DNA of 64,000 nucleotides, from assembly GCA_965227775.1 (NCBI GenBank), contig OZ245777.1, positions 1,952,001-2,016,000 on the forward strand. The letters run 5' to 3'. The DNA is from Phycisphaerales bacterium (GTDB lineage Bacteria > Planctomycetota > Phycisphaerae > Phycisphaerales > UBA1924). The notes under the pieces are model-generated. The model worked only from the letters and a program-made list of their open reading frames with translations. It was not told the DNA's origin and searched no databases. The position numbers and the translations under genes are program-made. Shown here piece after piece: positions 37,677-47,017 of this stretch; the first letter of the stretch is position 1, and every line of letters starts with the position of its first letter.

Positions 37677-40600
37677 ATGAGCACCAGCAGGACCCCCCGT
37701 CGCCTCCTCGCCCTGGCATTGGCTACCTCCCTGAACGCCTCGGCCCTGACGGCCCTGGCCGATGACACGAGCGTCGCCACCCTGGCTCAGGCGCGGGCCC
37801 AGGCCGATCAGTTGATGGCCCAGGGCCAGTTTGTGCGGGCTCAGGCCACGCTCATGAACGCCTTGAGCGACGCGACGGGCTCGAACGATGAGCGGGCCGA
37901 GGCGCTGGTCGCCCTACGGAACATCCGCCAGAAGATCTCGGGCGCGGACCGTCTGGAGATCGCGCTGCAGCAGGCAGACATGGCGATCGCCGAGGGCAAC
38001 CTGGCCTTCGCGTCGACTCGCGTCGCCTCGGTCCTCGAAGCCGCCGACGAGGGTTCGGTGCTCTGGACGCGCGCGACCGATGCAAGGAACCAGATCGATC
38101 GCCGCCAGCAGGCCCTGCGTCCGATGGTGGCCGACGCGCTGACCCAGGCCGCCGCCGATCTTGACGCCGGCCGGTTTGCCCAGGCCAAGAGCCAGCTCGC
38201 CGTGGTCCGCCGTGCGGGTCTGGACCTCGACGCCAAGCAGGGCGAGAGGCTCAGCCGCATGGAGCTGCGCGTAGCCGACGCCGAGCGCAAGGCGGGAACG
38301 ACCTTCGACGCCAGCGCCGCCGCAGCGGCCAGCGTGCAGGCGGGCGTGGTGCGCGGCCGTCAGGATGGCGGCCAGCAGGGCGACCCCCAGCAGCTCTTCC
38401 GCGAAGCCATCCAGCAGGAAGCCCGGGCCAACTTGAGCCAGGCCAACGCCGCCTTTGAGTCGGGACAGCTCGCCGAAGCCCGTCGTTTGTACGTGCTGGT
38501 CCGTGCGAACCAGGACCTGCTCACCCCGGAAGAGCGTGACCTCGTCTCGACCCGCATTGACGAGATCGACGTCCGGCTCTCAGGTCGCCCGAGCGCCCAG
38601 GAGGACATCGGCACCACCCGCGATCTGGTCCGTCAGAACGCACTGGCCGAGTTCCGCGTTGGCGTCAACGAGGCCGAGCGTCAGCTCGCCCAGGGGAACC
38701 TGGGCGGTGCCCGTGCCCAGCTGTCGCGTACGCGCATCGACTTCCAGCGTAACCGAGACGTGTTCGGCCAGCCCGAGTTTGAGGCCCGCATCAACGAGCT
38801 CGACGACCTGCAAGCGCGAATCGAGGCCGCCGCCATCCGAATCCAGGAAGATCAGGCCGAGGCGCTCGACCGCGGTGCCCAAGAGGAAGCAGCTGAGCGA
38901 GCCGACCGCCAGCGCAATGAGCGCCAGCGCACGATCAACCTGCTGCTCGATCAGGCCCGCGAGTACCAGATGAACATGCGGTACCGCGAGGCGCTCGACA
39001 CCATCGAGCAGCTCCTGCTGATCGACCCGATCAACCCTTCGGGCCTGCTGCTCAAGAACGCCTACGAGAACATCCTGATCTACGTCGATTACTCGCAGAT
39101 CACCGAACGGCGAAACAAGGGCTTCGCGGCGTTCCGCATCGAGGCCGAGCGTGCCCTGATCCCGCCGCTGGACGTCGTGAACTATCCCGAGAACTGGCCT
39201 GCCATCAGCCAGAGCCGCGAGGCGCAGGCCGAGTTCGTTGACTCCGCCGAGAATCGCCGCGTGCTCGCGCAGCTCGAGTCGAGCCGCGTGCAGATGAACC
39301 TGCAGGACAATCCTCTGGAAAGCGCTCTTGCGTTTATCGCCCAGCAGGCCGAGGTCGACTTCGACGTCGAGTGGGAGACGCTCGAGCGCTTGGGCATCGA
39401 CCGCCAGACGCCGGTGAGCCTCCGCCTCGCCAGCACCGTCAACGCAACGGTCGCGCTCGACCGCCTGCTGGCTAAGGCCAGCCCGGACGACTTCAACGCC
39501 GCCGACTGGGCGATCATCGACGGTCTGCTGACCGTGTCGTCGGCCGAGACCCTGCTCGATAAGACCGCTGTTGGTATCTACGACATCAACGACCTGCTCC
39601 ACGAGGTGCCCGACTACCCGGACGTGCCCGAGATCGATCTGCAGCAGGCGTTGCAGAGCAGCCAGGGTGGCGGCGGCCAGAGCCCCTTCACGGATCAGGG
39701 CGACGGTGAGATCGAAGAAACGCCCCTCGAGGACCGCATCAACGAGATCATCGAGATCGTCGAGAACAACATCGAGGAAGACCGCGGCTTCCTCGAGGGC
39801 CGCTGGACCATCACGCCTTATCGCGGGCTGCTGATCGTCCGCGCCACGCCCAAGGCCCACCGCCAGATCGGTGGCCTGCTCGACAAGCTCCGCGCCCAGC
39901 AGGCCCTGCAGCTGAACGTCGAGACGCGATTCCTGCTCGTGAACCAGGACTACTTCGAGCAGATCGGCTTCGACCTGGACATCTACTTCAACGCCAAGGC
40001 CGACCAGTTCCAGACGGCCGCGGCCAACGATCCCAGCCTGCTGCCCAGCGACTTCTTCGACTTCTCCGGCCCGAACGGCCGTCGTCGCACGGTCACCGGC
40101 GGTGCCGGCCCGGGCGGAACTTCGGTCGTGCAGCCCGTCGCCGCCCCGACCAACACGAGCGTCATCGGCGCGGGTCAGGACTCGATCGGCCTCGCCGGCG
40201 CACTCGCGCCCACTGAAGGCATCGCGAGCACCATCCTCGGTGCGGCTCCGGCCCTGGGTGTCGCGGGACAGTTCCTTGACGACGTGCAGGTCGACTTCCT
40301 CGTTCGTGCCACGCAGGCCGACCGGCGTTCGACCCAGCTCACGGCCCCGCGCCTGACGCTGACGAACGGCCAGCTGGCCAACATCTACGTCGCCACCCAG
40401 GTGGCATACGTGGGCGACCTCGAGCCGGTGGTCAGTGACAGTGCCGTCGGCTTCGACCCAACGGTGGAAGTCGCGACCGAGGGCGTGACGCTGCTGGTTC
40501 GCGGCACCATCTCGAGCGATCGTCGCTACGTAACCATGAACGTCGACGCGGGCCTTGCGCAGATCGACGGCTTCGCGTCCGAGCAGGTTACGGCCGTTGC

Positions 40601-40925
40601 CGGCGGCACCTTGGTCAGCTCGGCCGACACGCAGTCGTTCATCCAGCTGCCGACGGTGACGGTGACCCGCGTCCGCACAACGGTCACGGTGCCCGACGAG
40701 GGCACGCTGCTGCTGGGCGGTCAGCGCCTGGTGAGCGAGTTCGAAGTCGAGACCGGTGTGCCGCTGCTGAGCAAGCTGCCCGTGCTCAACCGCTTCTTCA
40801 CCAACCGCATCGAGAGCAAGGAAGAGCAGACGCTGCTGATCCTGATGAAGCCGACCGTGCTCATCCAGAGCGAGCAGGAGGCCCGCAACTTCCCGGCCAT
40901 GGGTGGCGGCCTGAACCCCTTCTAA
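37677..40925 (+). CDS. Type II/III secretion system secretin (GspD/PilQ-like) with long TPR/coiled-coil N-region
   Basis: Signal peptide; C-terminal APRLTLTNGQ, TTVTVPDEGTLLLGG, VPLLSKLPVLNRFF, LLILMKPTV. Confidence 0.88.
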   Translation: MSTSRTPRRLLALALATSLNASALTALADDTSVATLAQARAQADQLMAQGQFVRAQATLMNALSDATGSNDERAEALVALRNIRQKISGADRLEIALQQADMAIAEGNLAFASTRVASVLEAADEGSVLWTRATDARNQIDRRQQALRPMVADALTQAAADLDAGRFAQAKSQLAVVRRAGLDLDAKQGERLSRMELRVADAERKAGTTFDASAAAAASVQAGVVRGRQDGGQQGDPQQLFREAIQQEARANLSQANAAFESGQLAEARRLYVLVRANQDLLTPEERDLVSTRIDEIDVRLSGRPSAQEDIGTTRDLVRQNALAEFRVGVNEAERQLAQGNLGGARAQLSRTRIDFQRNRDVFGQPEFEARINELDDLQARIEAAAIRIQEDQAEALDRGAQEEAAERADRQRNERQRTINLLLDQAREYQMNMRYREALDTIEQLLLIDPINPSGLLLKNAYENILIYVDYSQITERRNKGFAAFRIEAERALIPPLDVVNYPENWPAISQSREAQAEFVDSAENRRVLAQLESSRVQMNLQDNPLESALAFIAQQAEVDFDVEWETLERLGIDRQTPVSLRLASTVNATVALDRLLAKASPDDFNAADWAIIDGLLTVSSAETLLDKTAVGIYDINDLLHEVPDYPDVPEIDLQQALQSSQGGGGQSPFTDQGDGEIEETPLEDRINEIIEIVENNIEEDRGFLEGRWTITPYRGLLIVRATPKAHRQIGGLLDKLRAQQALQLNVETRFLLVNQDYFEQIGFDLDIYFNAKADQFQTAAANDPSLLPSDFFDFSGPNGRRRTVTGGAGPGGTSVVQPVAAPTNTSVIGAGQDSIGLAGALAPTEGIASTILGAAPALGVAGQFLDDVQVDFLVRATQADRRSTQLTAPRLTLTNGQLANIYVATQVAYVGDLEPVVSDSAVGFDPTVEVATEGVTLLVRGTISSDRRYVTMNVDAGLAQIDGFASEQVTAVAGGTLVSSADTQSFIQLPTVTVTRVRTTVTVPDEGTLLLGGQRLVSEFEVETGVPLLSKLPVLNRFFTNRIESKEEQTLLILMKPTVLIQSEQEARNFPAMGGGLNPF

Positions 40926-41073
40926 ACCGCCTTCGCGAGAATCCCGGCACGACCGGGGCGAGAAAGCGCCAGATAACGCCCGCGCCGGGACAGCCCGGGG
41001 CGGGCGTTGTTGCTACGCTTGCGCCCCGGGGGATCGACGGCTCGATCCGCCCAGCCCACTCGGAGAGCCCAGC

Positions 41074-41433
41074 ATGCCAGCCGAAGAGACACGTTTGCGC
41101 ATCACCGACCAGGACGGGGTGACGCGGGTCGAGTTCCTCGACCGCAACATCCTCGACGAGGCCAGCATCCAGCGCATCGGCGACGAGATCACCGAAGTCA
41201 TCGATGCCTCGAGCAGCCCCAAGCTGCTCATCAGCTTCAACAACGTCGATCACATGTCTTCGGCCGCGCTTGGCACGCTCATCACGATCCACCACAAGAT
41301 CCGCAACCGTTCGGGCCAGCTCCGCCTAGCCGACATCGATCCGCAGATCCAAGAAGTCTTCAGCATCACCAAGCTTGATCGCATCTTTACGATCCACGAA
41401 GACACCGAGAGCGCGATGAAGAGCTTCGACTGA
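41074..41433 (+). CDS. STAS anti-sigma factor antagonist (RsbV/SpoIIAA-like)
   Basis: VDHMSSAALG phosphorylation loop; EVFSITKLD. Confidence 0.9.
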   Translation: MPAEETRLRITDQDGVTRVEFLDRNILDEASIQRIGDEITEVIDASSSPKLLISFNNVDHMSSAALGTLITIHHKIRNRSGQLRLADIDPQIQEVFSITKLDRIFTIHEDTESAMKSFD

Positions 41434-41460
41434 CCCCTTCGAACTCCCAGGGCGGACCGG

Positions 41461-41904
41461 ATGGCACACCGAGATGAGCAGGCCAGCGTGAGCGACTCGG
41501 CCCGGGTCACCAACGACCGGGAGCGCATCGATCGCCTCTGGCTCTCGATCGAAATGGCCATGCAAGAGCAGGGCTATCCGAAGGCTGCGACCTTCGCCGT
41601 TCGTCTCGCGCTCGAAGAGGCCATGACAAACGCCTTCCGCCATGGGCTGAAGGACCTGCCCGACGACACGCCGATCACGATCGACTACGTGGTCGATAGG
41701 GATCGCGTCCGCATCGCGGTCGAAGATCCCGGGCCCGGGTTTGATCCTTCCGATGTGCCCGATCCGACGGCAGAGGAAAACCTGACCCGCCCGGGTGGTC
41801 GCGGCCTGCTTCTCATTCGCTCGTACATGACCCACGCTGACTTCAAGAACCAGGGACGGCGGCTGGAGATGGTCTACGAGCGTCCGGCCGAGAACGAGAA
41901 TTAA
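41461..41904 (+). CDS. RsbW/SpoIIAB-like anti-sigma kinase
   Basis: LALEEAMTNA..HG, EDPGPGFD, GGRGLLLI. Confidence 0.9.
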   Translation: MAHRDEQASVSDSARVTNDRERIDRLWLSIEMAMQEQGYPKAATFAVRLALEEAMTNAFRHGLKDLPDDTPITIDYVVDRDRVRIAVEDPGPGFDPSDVPDPTAEENLTRPGGRGLLLIRSYMTHADFKNQGRRLEMVYERPAENEN

Positions 41905-41991
41905 GGGCCCGAGAACGGACGCCCGGACACCTGCGTTCGTCGGGATTCCCCGCAACGCCTACGCTCTTCTTGCGGCTGGGAAGCCTCTGCT

Positions 41992-42013
41992 CTAAACTAG
42001 AATTGTTCTAAGT
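41992..42013. promoter_or_regulatory. AT-rich inverted repeat upstream of iscS, candidate operator
   Basis: TAGAA-TTG-TTCTA in an otherwise GC-rich region, about 110 nt upstream of iscS. Confidence 0.4.
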
Positions 42014-42117
42014 GGAAGGCCGATTGGGCCATCCAGGCCGATCTCATTGGGGGCTGGTTCCCATGCGGAGAGATTGGCCCAGCCGAGCCGCGACCAAAGC
42101 CGCACCACGGAGAAGCC

Positions 42118-43356
42118 ATGGCCGTTGACCTCCCCATCTACCTCGATAACGCCGCCACCACCCGCACCGACCCTCGCGTGGTCGAGGCGATGCTGCCGTA
42201 CTTCACGCAGGCGTTCGGCAACCCAGGCAGCCGCAACCACAGCTTCGGGTGGGAATCCGAGGCCGGCGTCGACAAGGCCCGCCAGCAGGTGGCCGACCTG
42301 ATCGGTGCCGACCGCAAGGAGATCATCTTCACCAGCGGCGCCACCGAGAGCAACAACTTGGCCATCAAGGGCGCCGCGAGCATGTACGCCAAGGCGCCGG
42401 CCGGCAGCGAGAAGCGCGGCCATGTCATCACGGCCATGCACGAGCATAAGGCCGTGCTCGACCCCTGCAAGCGACTCCAGAAGGAAGGCTTCGACGTCAC
42501 CTATCTGCAGCCGGGCAAGGACGGACTGATCACGGCCAAGATGGTCGAGCAGGCCATGCGTGATGACACGATTCTCGTCACGATCATGTGGGCCAACAAC
42601 GAGCTTGGCACGATTAACGAGATCCCAGAGATCGGCAAGCTTTGCCACGATCGCGGCGCCGTATTCCACACCGATGCGACGCAGTGGGTTGGCAAGATGC
42701 CTACCGATGTCAACGCCGACAACATCGACCTGCTCAGCCTAAGCGGGCACAAGATGTACGGGCCCAAGGGTGTGGGCGCTCTCTACGTCCGCCGCCGCAA
42801 GCCCCGCGTCCGCCTGACGGCATTCCAAGAGGGCGGCGGCCAGGAGCGTGGTTTCCGCTCCGGCACGCTGAACGTGCCCGGCATCGTCGGACTGGGCAAG
42901 GCATGCGAGCTTTGCGCTGCCGAGATGGACGACGAGCGCGAGCGCCTGCTGGCCCTGCGAAAGAAGATCGAAGAAGGCATCACCAGCAAGCTGGACACGG
43001 TGCAGGTCAACGGGCACGCCGACAAGCGGCTGCCACACCTCACGAACATCTCCTTTGGCTTCGTCGAGGGTGAGAGCCTGATGATGGCGACCAAGGAGAT
43101 CGCGATGAGCAGCGGCTCCGCGTGCACCAGCGCCAGCCTCGAGCCCAGCTACGTGCTCAAGGCCCTCGGCGTGGGCGACGATCTCGCCCACAGCTCGCTG
43201 CGTATCAGCATGGGGCGCTTCAGCACCGAGGCCGAGGCCGACTACGCGGTCGATAAGATCGTGGCGGCGGTTGTGAAGCTCCGCGAACTCAGCCCGCTGT
43301 ACGACATGCACAACGAGGGCATCGACATCACCAAGATCGAATGGCAGGCCCACTAA
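42118..43356 (+). CDS. iscS: Cysteine desulfurase
   Basis: YLDNAATT, FTSGATES, SGHKMYGPKG, SSGSACTS, C-terminal KIEWQAH. Confidence 0.96.
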   Translation: MAVDLPIYLDNAATTRTDPRVVEAMLPYFTQAFGNPGSRNHSFGWESEAGVDKARQQVADLIGADRKEIIFTSGATESNNLAIKGAASMYAKAPAGSEKRGHVITAMHEHKAVLDPCKRLQKEGFDVTYLQPGKDGLITAKMVEQAMRDDTILVTIMWANNELGTINEIPEIGKLCHDRGAVFHTDATQWVGKMPTDVNADNIDLLSLSGHKMYGPKGVGALYVRRRKPRVRLTAFQEGGGQERGFRSGTLNVPGIVGLGKACELCAAEMDDERERLLALRKKIEEGITSKLDTVQVNGHADKRLPHLTNISFGFVEGESLMMATKEIAMSSGSACTSASLEPSYVLKALGVGDDLAHSSLRISMGRFSTEAEADYAVDKIVAAVVKLRELSPLYDMHNEGIDITKIEWQAH

Positions 43357-43439
43357 CTGGGTTCACCTTTCGGAACGGGTTCAGGCTCGACGGGGACAGG
43401 GACGACTAGACGCGGCAACCGGCCGCGAGGAGGCCAGCA

Positions 43440-43862
43440 ATGGCATATGGCGACAAGGTCATCGATCACTACGAGAACCCGCGCAACGTGGGCTCGTTCG
43501 GCACGCAGAAGGAGATCAAGGAGCGCAAGGACGTGGGCGTCGGCCTCGTTGGCGCGCCCGAGTGCGGCGATGTGATGCAGCTGCAGATCAAGGTCGACGA
43601 CTCGGGCAAGATCGAGGACGCGAAGTTCAAGTGCTTCGGCTGCGGTTCGGCCATCGCCAGCAGCAGCCTGGCTACCGAATGGCTCAAGGGCAAGACCATC
43701 GACGAGGGCCTCGAGATCAAGAACACCCAGATCGTCGAGGAGCTCAGCCTGCCGCCCGTGAAGATCCACTGCTCGGTACTCGCCGAGGACGCCATCCGTG
43801 CGGCGATCGATGATTACAAGACCAAGAACGGCCAGGCAGCCGAGGCGGCCCACGCCCACTAA
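43440..43862 (+). CDS. iscU: Fe-S cluster scaffold
   Basis: DHYENPRN, APECGD, FGCGSAIA, LPPVKIHCS. Confidence 0.96.
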   Translation: MAYGDKVIDHYENPRNVGSFGTQKEIKERKDVGVGLVGAPECGDVMQLQIKVDDSGKIEDAKFKCFGCGSAIASSSLATEWLKGKTIDEGLEIKNTQIVEELSLPPVKIHCSVLAEDAIRAAIDDYKTKNGQAAEAAHAH

Positions 43863-43989
43863 CGACGCCCGCGGGCTCGACGGGGCGAAAACCGGGACAA
43901 CCCCGCCCATTCGCTGAACAGATTGGGCCCGCGAGCCGTTATACTCTCTGGAGAAGCCACAGGCCCTCGAAAGCATCGCAGGAGCATCC

Positions 43990-44361
43990 ATGACCGCCAC
44001 GTCTGCCAATCCGAGCCAAGCCGACACCGACGCCGTCCAGATCACCGAGAAGGCGGCCGCTGAGATCCAGCGGATCGTTGAAGAGCAGGAGCTGGATGCC
44101 GAGAAGGTCCATCTGCGTGTGGGCGTGAAGGGCGGTGGCTGCTCGGGCTTCAACTACATCCTCGACCTGACCGAGGCCGTCCGAGACACCGACGAGGTGA
44201 TGGAGCAGCACGGCATCCGCGTTGTGTGCGACCCCAAGAGCCTGCTCTACCTGCACGGCACGGTCGTCGACTTCAAGGACGAGATCATGAGCCGGGGCTT
44301 CGTGTTCCAGAACCCCAACGCGACGGCCACCTGCGGCTGCGGCTCGAGCTTCTCGGCCTGA
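43990..44361 (+). CDS. iscA: A-type Fe-S carrier (IscA/HesB)
   Basis: GGGCSG, NPNATATCGCGSSF. Confidence 0.92.
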   Translation: MTATSANPSQADTDAVQITEKAAAEIQRIVEEQELDAEKVHLRVGVKGGGCSGFNYILDLTEAVRDTDEVMEQHGIRVVCDPKSLLYLHGTVVDFKDEIMSRGFVFQNPNATATCGCGSSFSA

Positions 44362-44436
44362 TACTGTCTAAGCGCCTCGAGTGTGGCGGGAACCCCCGTT
44401 CACGCCAATAGCCGCAACGCTCAACGTGGTTCCCCC

Positions 44437-44466
44437 GTACCCGCTCTGGCGGGTACTGTTGTTTCT
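44437..44466 (+). terminator. Terminator-like hairpin downstream of iscA
   Basis: GTACCCGC-TCTG-GCGGGTAC-TGTTGTTTCT. Confidence 0.6.
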
Positions 44467-44566
44467 GGCCGAAAGGCCGGTTGCGAGGCGGCCCCAGCCT
44501 GGACGCGGGGTCGATGCCGCTCGGGGCTCCCGGGTGGCTTCTGGACCGACTGGGGAAGGACTCTTG

Positions 44567-45046
44567 ATGGCCTCACAGAGCGCGACGCCGCTTGAAACCA
44601 CGCAGGGCTACGCGACGCCGACGGTGACGCAATTCAGCGTGTTCCTCGACAACCGGGTGGGCAGGCTGCACGAGCTGGTCAATGCGTTCGATAGGTCCGC
44701 CGCAAAGATCTGTGCCCTCAGCGTGCACGAGGCTTCGGACTACGCGGTCGTTCGGATTATCGCGAACCGGGCAGCCATCGCCGCACGCATTCTGAAGGAG
44801 CAGCGGCTTCCCTATGGCGAGAAGGAAGTGTTGGTCGTGGAACTGAGCGAGGGGCACAGCCTTGAAAGCCTGTGCCTGTCGCTGCTCGGGGCCGAGCTCA
44901 ACATCCACTTTGCCTATCCGCTGATGAGCCTGCCGACCGGCACGGCAACGATCGCGCTGTCGGTCGACGACATGACGCTGGCCGGGCAGATCTTGCGGCG
45001 CAAGTGCTTCCGGTTGTTCGGCGAGGCGGACCTGCCGGCGGCGTGA
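44567..45046 (+). CDS. Tandem ACT-domain protein
   Basis: QFSVFLDNRVGRL..ALSV..VVRII; second repeat LNIHFAYP. Confidence 0.82.
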   Translation: MASQSATPLETTQGYATPTVTQFSVFLDNRVGRLHELVNAFDRSAAKICALSVHEASDYAVVRIIANRAAIAARILKEQRLPYGEKEVLVVELSEGHSLESLCLSLLGAELNIHFAYPLMSLPTGTATIALSVDDMTLAGQILRRKCFRLFGEADLPAA

Positions 45047-45050
45047 TTGT

Positions 45051-45467
45051 TCACTCGGTTTGCTCGCCACGTCGCAACTCGCCGAGATGCCGTCTCTTCG
45101 ACAGTCGACCGGCATAATCCCACTGGCGCGCGATGTCCACTTTGGTGTAGCTGACACCGCACTCAGGACATCTGCCAGCCGCCGGATGAGCGGTAAGGTC
45201 GTAGAGGCACATTGTGCAAACCTCGCCGCGCAGTCTGCGTGCACGCGCAACATCCCTGCCATTCAGATAAAAGAGGAGTCCAACGGTCGAGAAGGTTCCA
45301 ACGATCGCAGCTGCTAGCGCGTAGTAAAAGTTCGGGCTCCAACCGGCCCGCGCCGCGATGAGACACACTAGAGTTGTGCCCACAACGCAAAGGCCTTGAC
45401 CAAGCCAAAACCACTTACCATGGCGTCCTAGTGCCGGTGGAAGCCTCTTCGTGCTCTTCGACGACAT
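45051..45467 (-). CDS. Small membrane protein with zinc ribbon (lower GC)
   Basis: Two TM helices, then CTMCLYDL..CPECG. Confidence 0.7.
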   Translation of the reverse strand: MSSKSTKRLPPALGRHGKWFWLGQGLCVVGTTLVCLIAARAGWSPNFYYALAAAIVGTFSTVGLLFYLNGRDVARARRLRGEVCTMCLYDLTAHPAAGRCPECGVSYTKVDIARQWDYAGRLSKRRHLGELRRGEQTE

Positions 45468-45532
45468 TTTTTACGGTATGCGCATGAAGACCAGGGCCCG
45501 ACCCCTAGTCCTGAATTGCACTAGGACTCTGC

Positions 45533-46645
45533 TCAAGCCGTCGCGACTTCCAGGTCGTGGGCCTCGGCCACGGGGCGGTTGAGCAGGCGGCCGTCGTCGC
45601 AGTTGATGGCCATCGCAAAGCCGGCGTCGCGGGCGGCGATCTCGTGGGGGCCGACCTTGGCGAGCTTGCGGGCCCAGGGCACGGTCGCGTTGTTGAGCGC
45701 GTGCGTGCTCGTGCGGGCCACGGCGCCGGGCATGTTGCCAACGCAATAGTGCACCACTCCGTCGATAATGTAGGTCGGCTGGCCGTGGGTCGTCACGCGG
45801 CTGGTCTCGACGCAGCCGCCCTGGTCGATCGAGACGTCGACGATGACGGCGCCCTCGGGCATGATCTTGAGGTCCTCGCGGGTCACGAGGTTCGGGGCCT
45901 TGGCGCCAGGCAGCAGCACGGCGCCGATGACCAGGTCGGCCCAGCGCAGGTACTTGCGGATGGCGTGCGGGTCGCTGTAGATGGTCGTGACGTTGTCGTC
46001 CATCACGTCCTCAAGGTATCGCATGCGGTCGAGGTCGATGTCCATGATGATGACATCGGCGCCCATACCACTGGCAATCTTGGCGGCGTTGGTGCCGACC
46101 ACACCACCTCCGAGCACGAGCACCTTGCCCGGCTCGACGCCCGGCACGCCGCCGAGCAGCACGCCGCGGCCCTGCTGTGGGCGCTCGAGGTACTTGGCGC
46201 CTTCCTGCGTTGCCATGCGGCCGGCGATTTCGCTCATCGGCGTCAGCAGTGGGAGGGTGGGCTTGCCGTTCAGACCCGGCGCCTCGAGCGTCTCGTAGGC
46301 GACGGCGCAGATCTTCTGGTCGAGGCAGGCCAGCGTCAGATCACGATCTGCCGCGAAGTGGAAGTAGGTGAATACCACCTGCCCCTCGCGCATGTGGGGC
46401 CACTCGATGGATTGGGGCTCCTTGACCTTGACGATCATGTCCGCCTTGGCCCACACCTCGTCGGCGTTCTGGGCGATGCTGGCGCCGACCTTCTCGTAGG
46501 CCGAATCCTCGAAGCCGATGCCCAGGCCCGCACCAGCCTGGACAACGACGTCGTGGCCGTCGCGGATGAGCAGGTCGACGCCAACAGGCATCAGGCCCAC
46601 GCGGTACTCGTCTGGTTTGACCTCGGTCGGGACGCCAACGATCAT
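45533..46645 (-). CDS. ald: Alanine dehydrogenase
   Basis: GVPTEVK..EYRV, KVKEP, PMSEIAGR, GGGVVG, DVSIDQGG, NMPGAV. Confidence 0.96.
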   Translation of the reverse strand: MIVGVPTEVKPDEYRVGLMPVGVDLLIRDGHDVVVQAGAGLGIGFEDSAYEKVGASIAQNADEVWAKADMIVKVKEPQSIEWPHMREGQVVFTYFHFAADRDLTLACLDQKICAVAYETLEAPGLNGKPTLPLLTPMSEIAGRMATQEGAKYLERPQQGRGVLLGGVPGVEPGKVLVLGGGVVGTNAAKIASGMGADVIIMDIDLDRMRYLEDVMDDNVTTIYSDPHAIRKYLRWADLVIGAVLLPGAKAPNLVTREDLKIMPEGAVIVDVSIDQGGCVETSRVTTHGQPTYIIDGVVHYCVGNMPGAVARTSTHALNNATVPWARKLAKVGPHEIAARDAGFAMAINCDDGRLLNRPVAEAHDLEVATA

Positions 46646-47017
46646 GCTCACAAGCTCCTGTGCGAATGCCTGGGGCGACGCGACCGCGCGCCCGATTCTC
46701 CCGGTCCGAGCCGACGTGCTTTCAGACGTGGCAAGAGGCCGCAGCGTGCCGCGTTTCGGGCCCGTTCGGGCCGCACGGCGCGCATCGAGAATGATACGCC
46801 CGATGGGGCCTCATCGCCTGGGAAGGCCGGGCGTTCGAAGGTTGTGAGGCGGGGGGCCGGAGTCGGCTGCCGCCGCGAGGGGTTTCGGCTAGTATCCGCC
46901 CCTGGGCATGGTGCGGCCGCCTTTCGGTGTAGCGCCATACGCGGCCCAGACATATACGCCCCCTCGACGCCCCGATCCCGGGCGACGGTTTCTTGACGAT
47001 CTCGGAGGCAGCCTCGC

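Noticed and set aside
45470..45530. Integron attC site flanking the lower-GC gene
   Set aside because: No RYYYAAC/GTTRRRY core pair and no integron integrase in the window.
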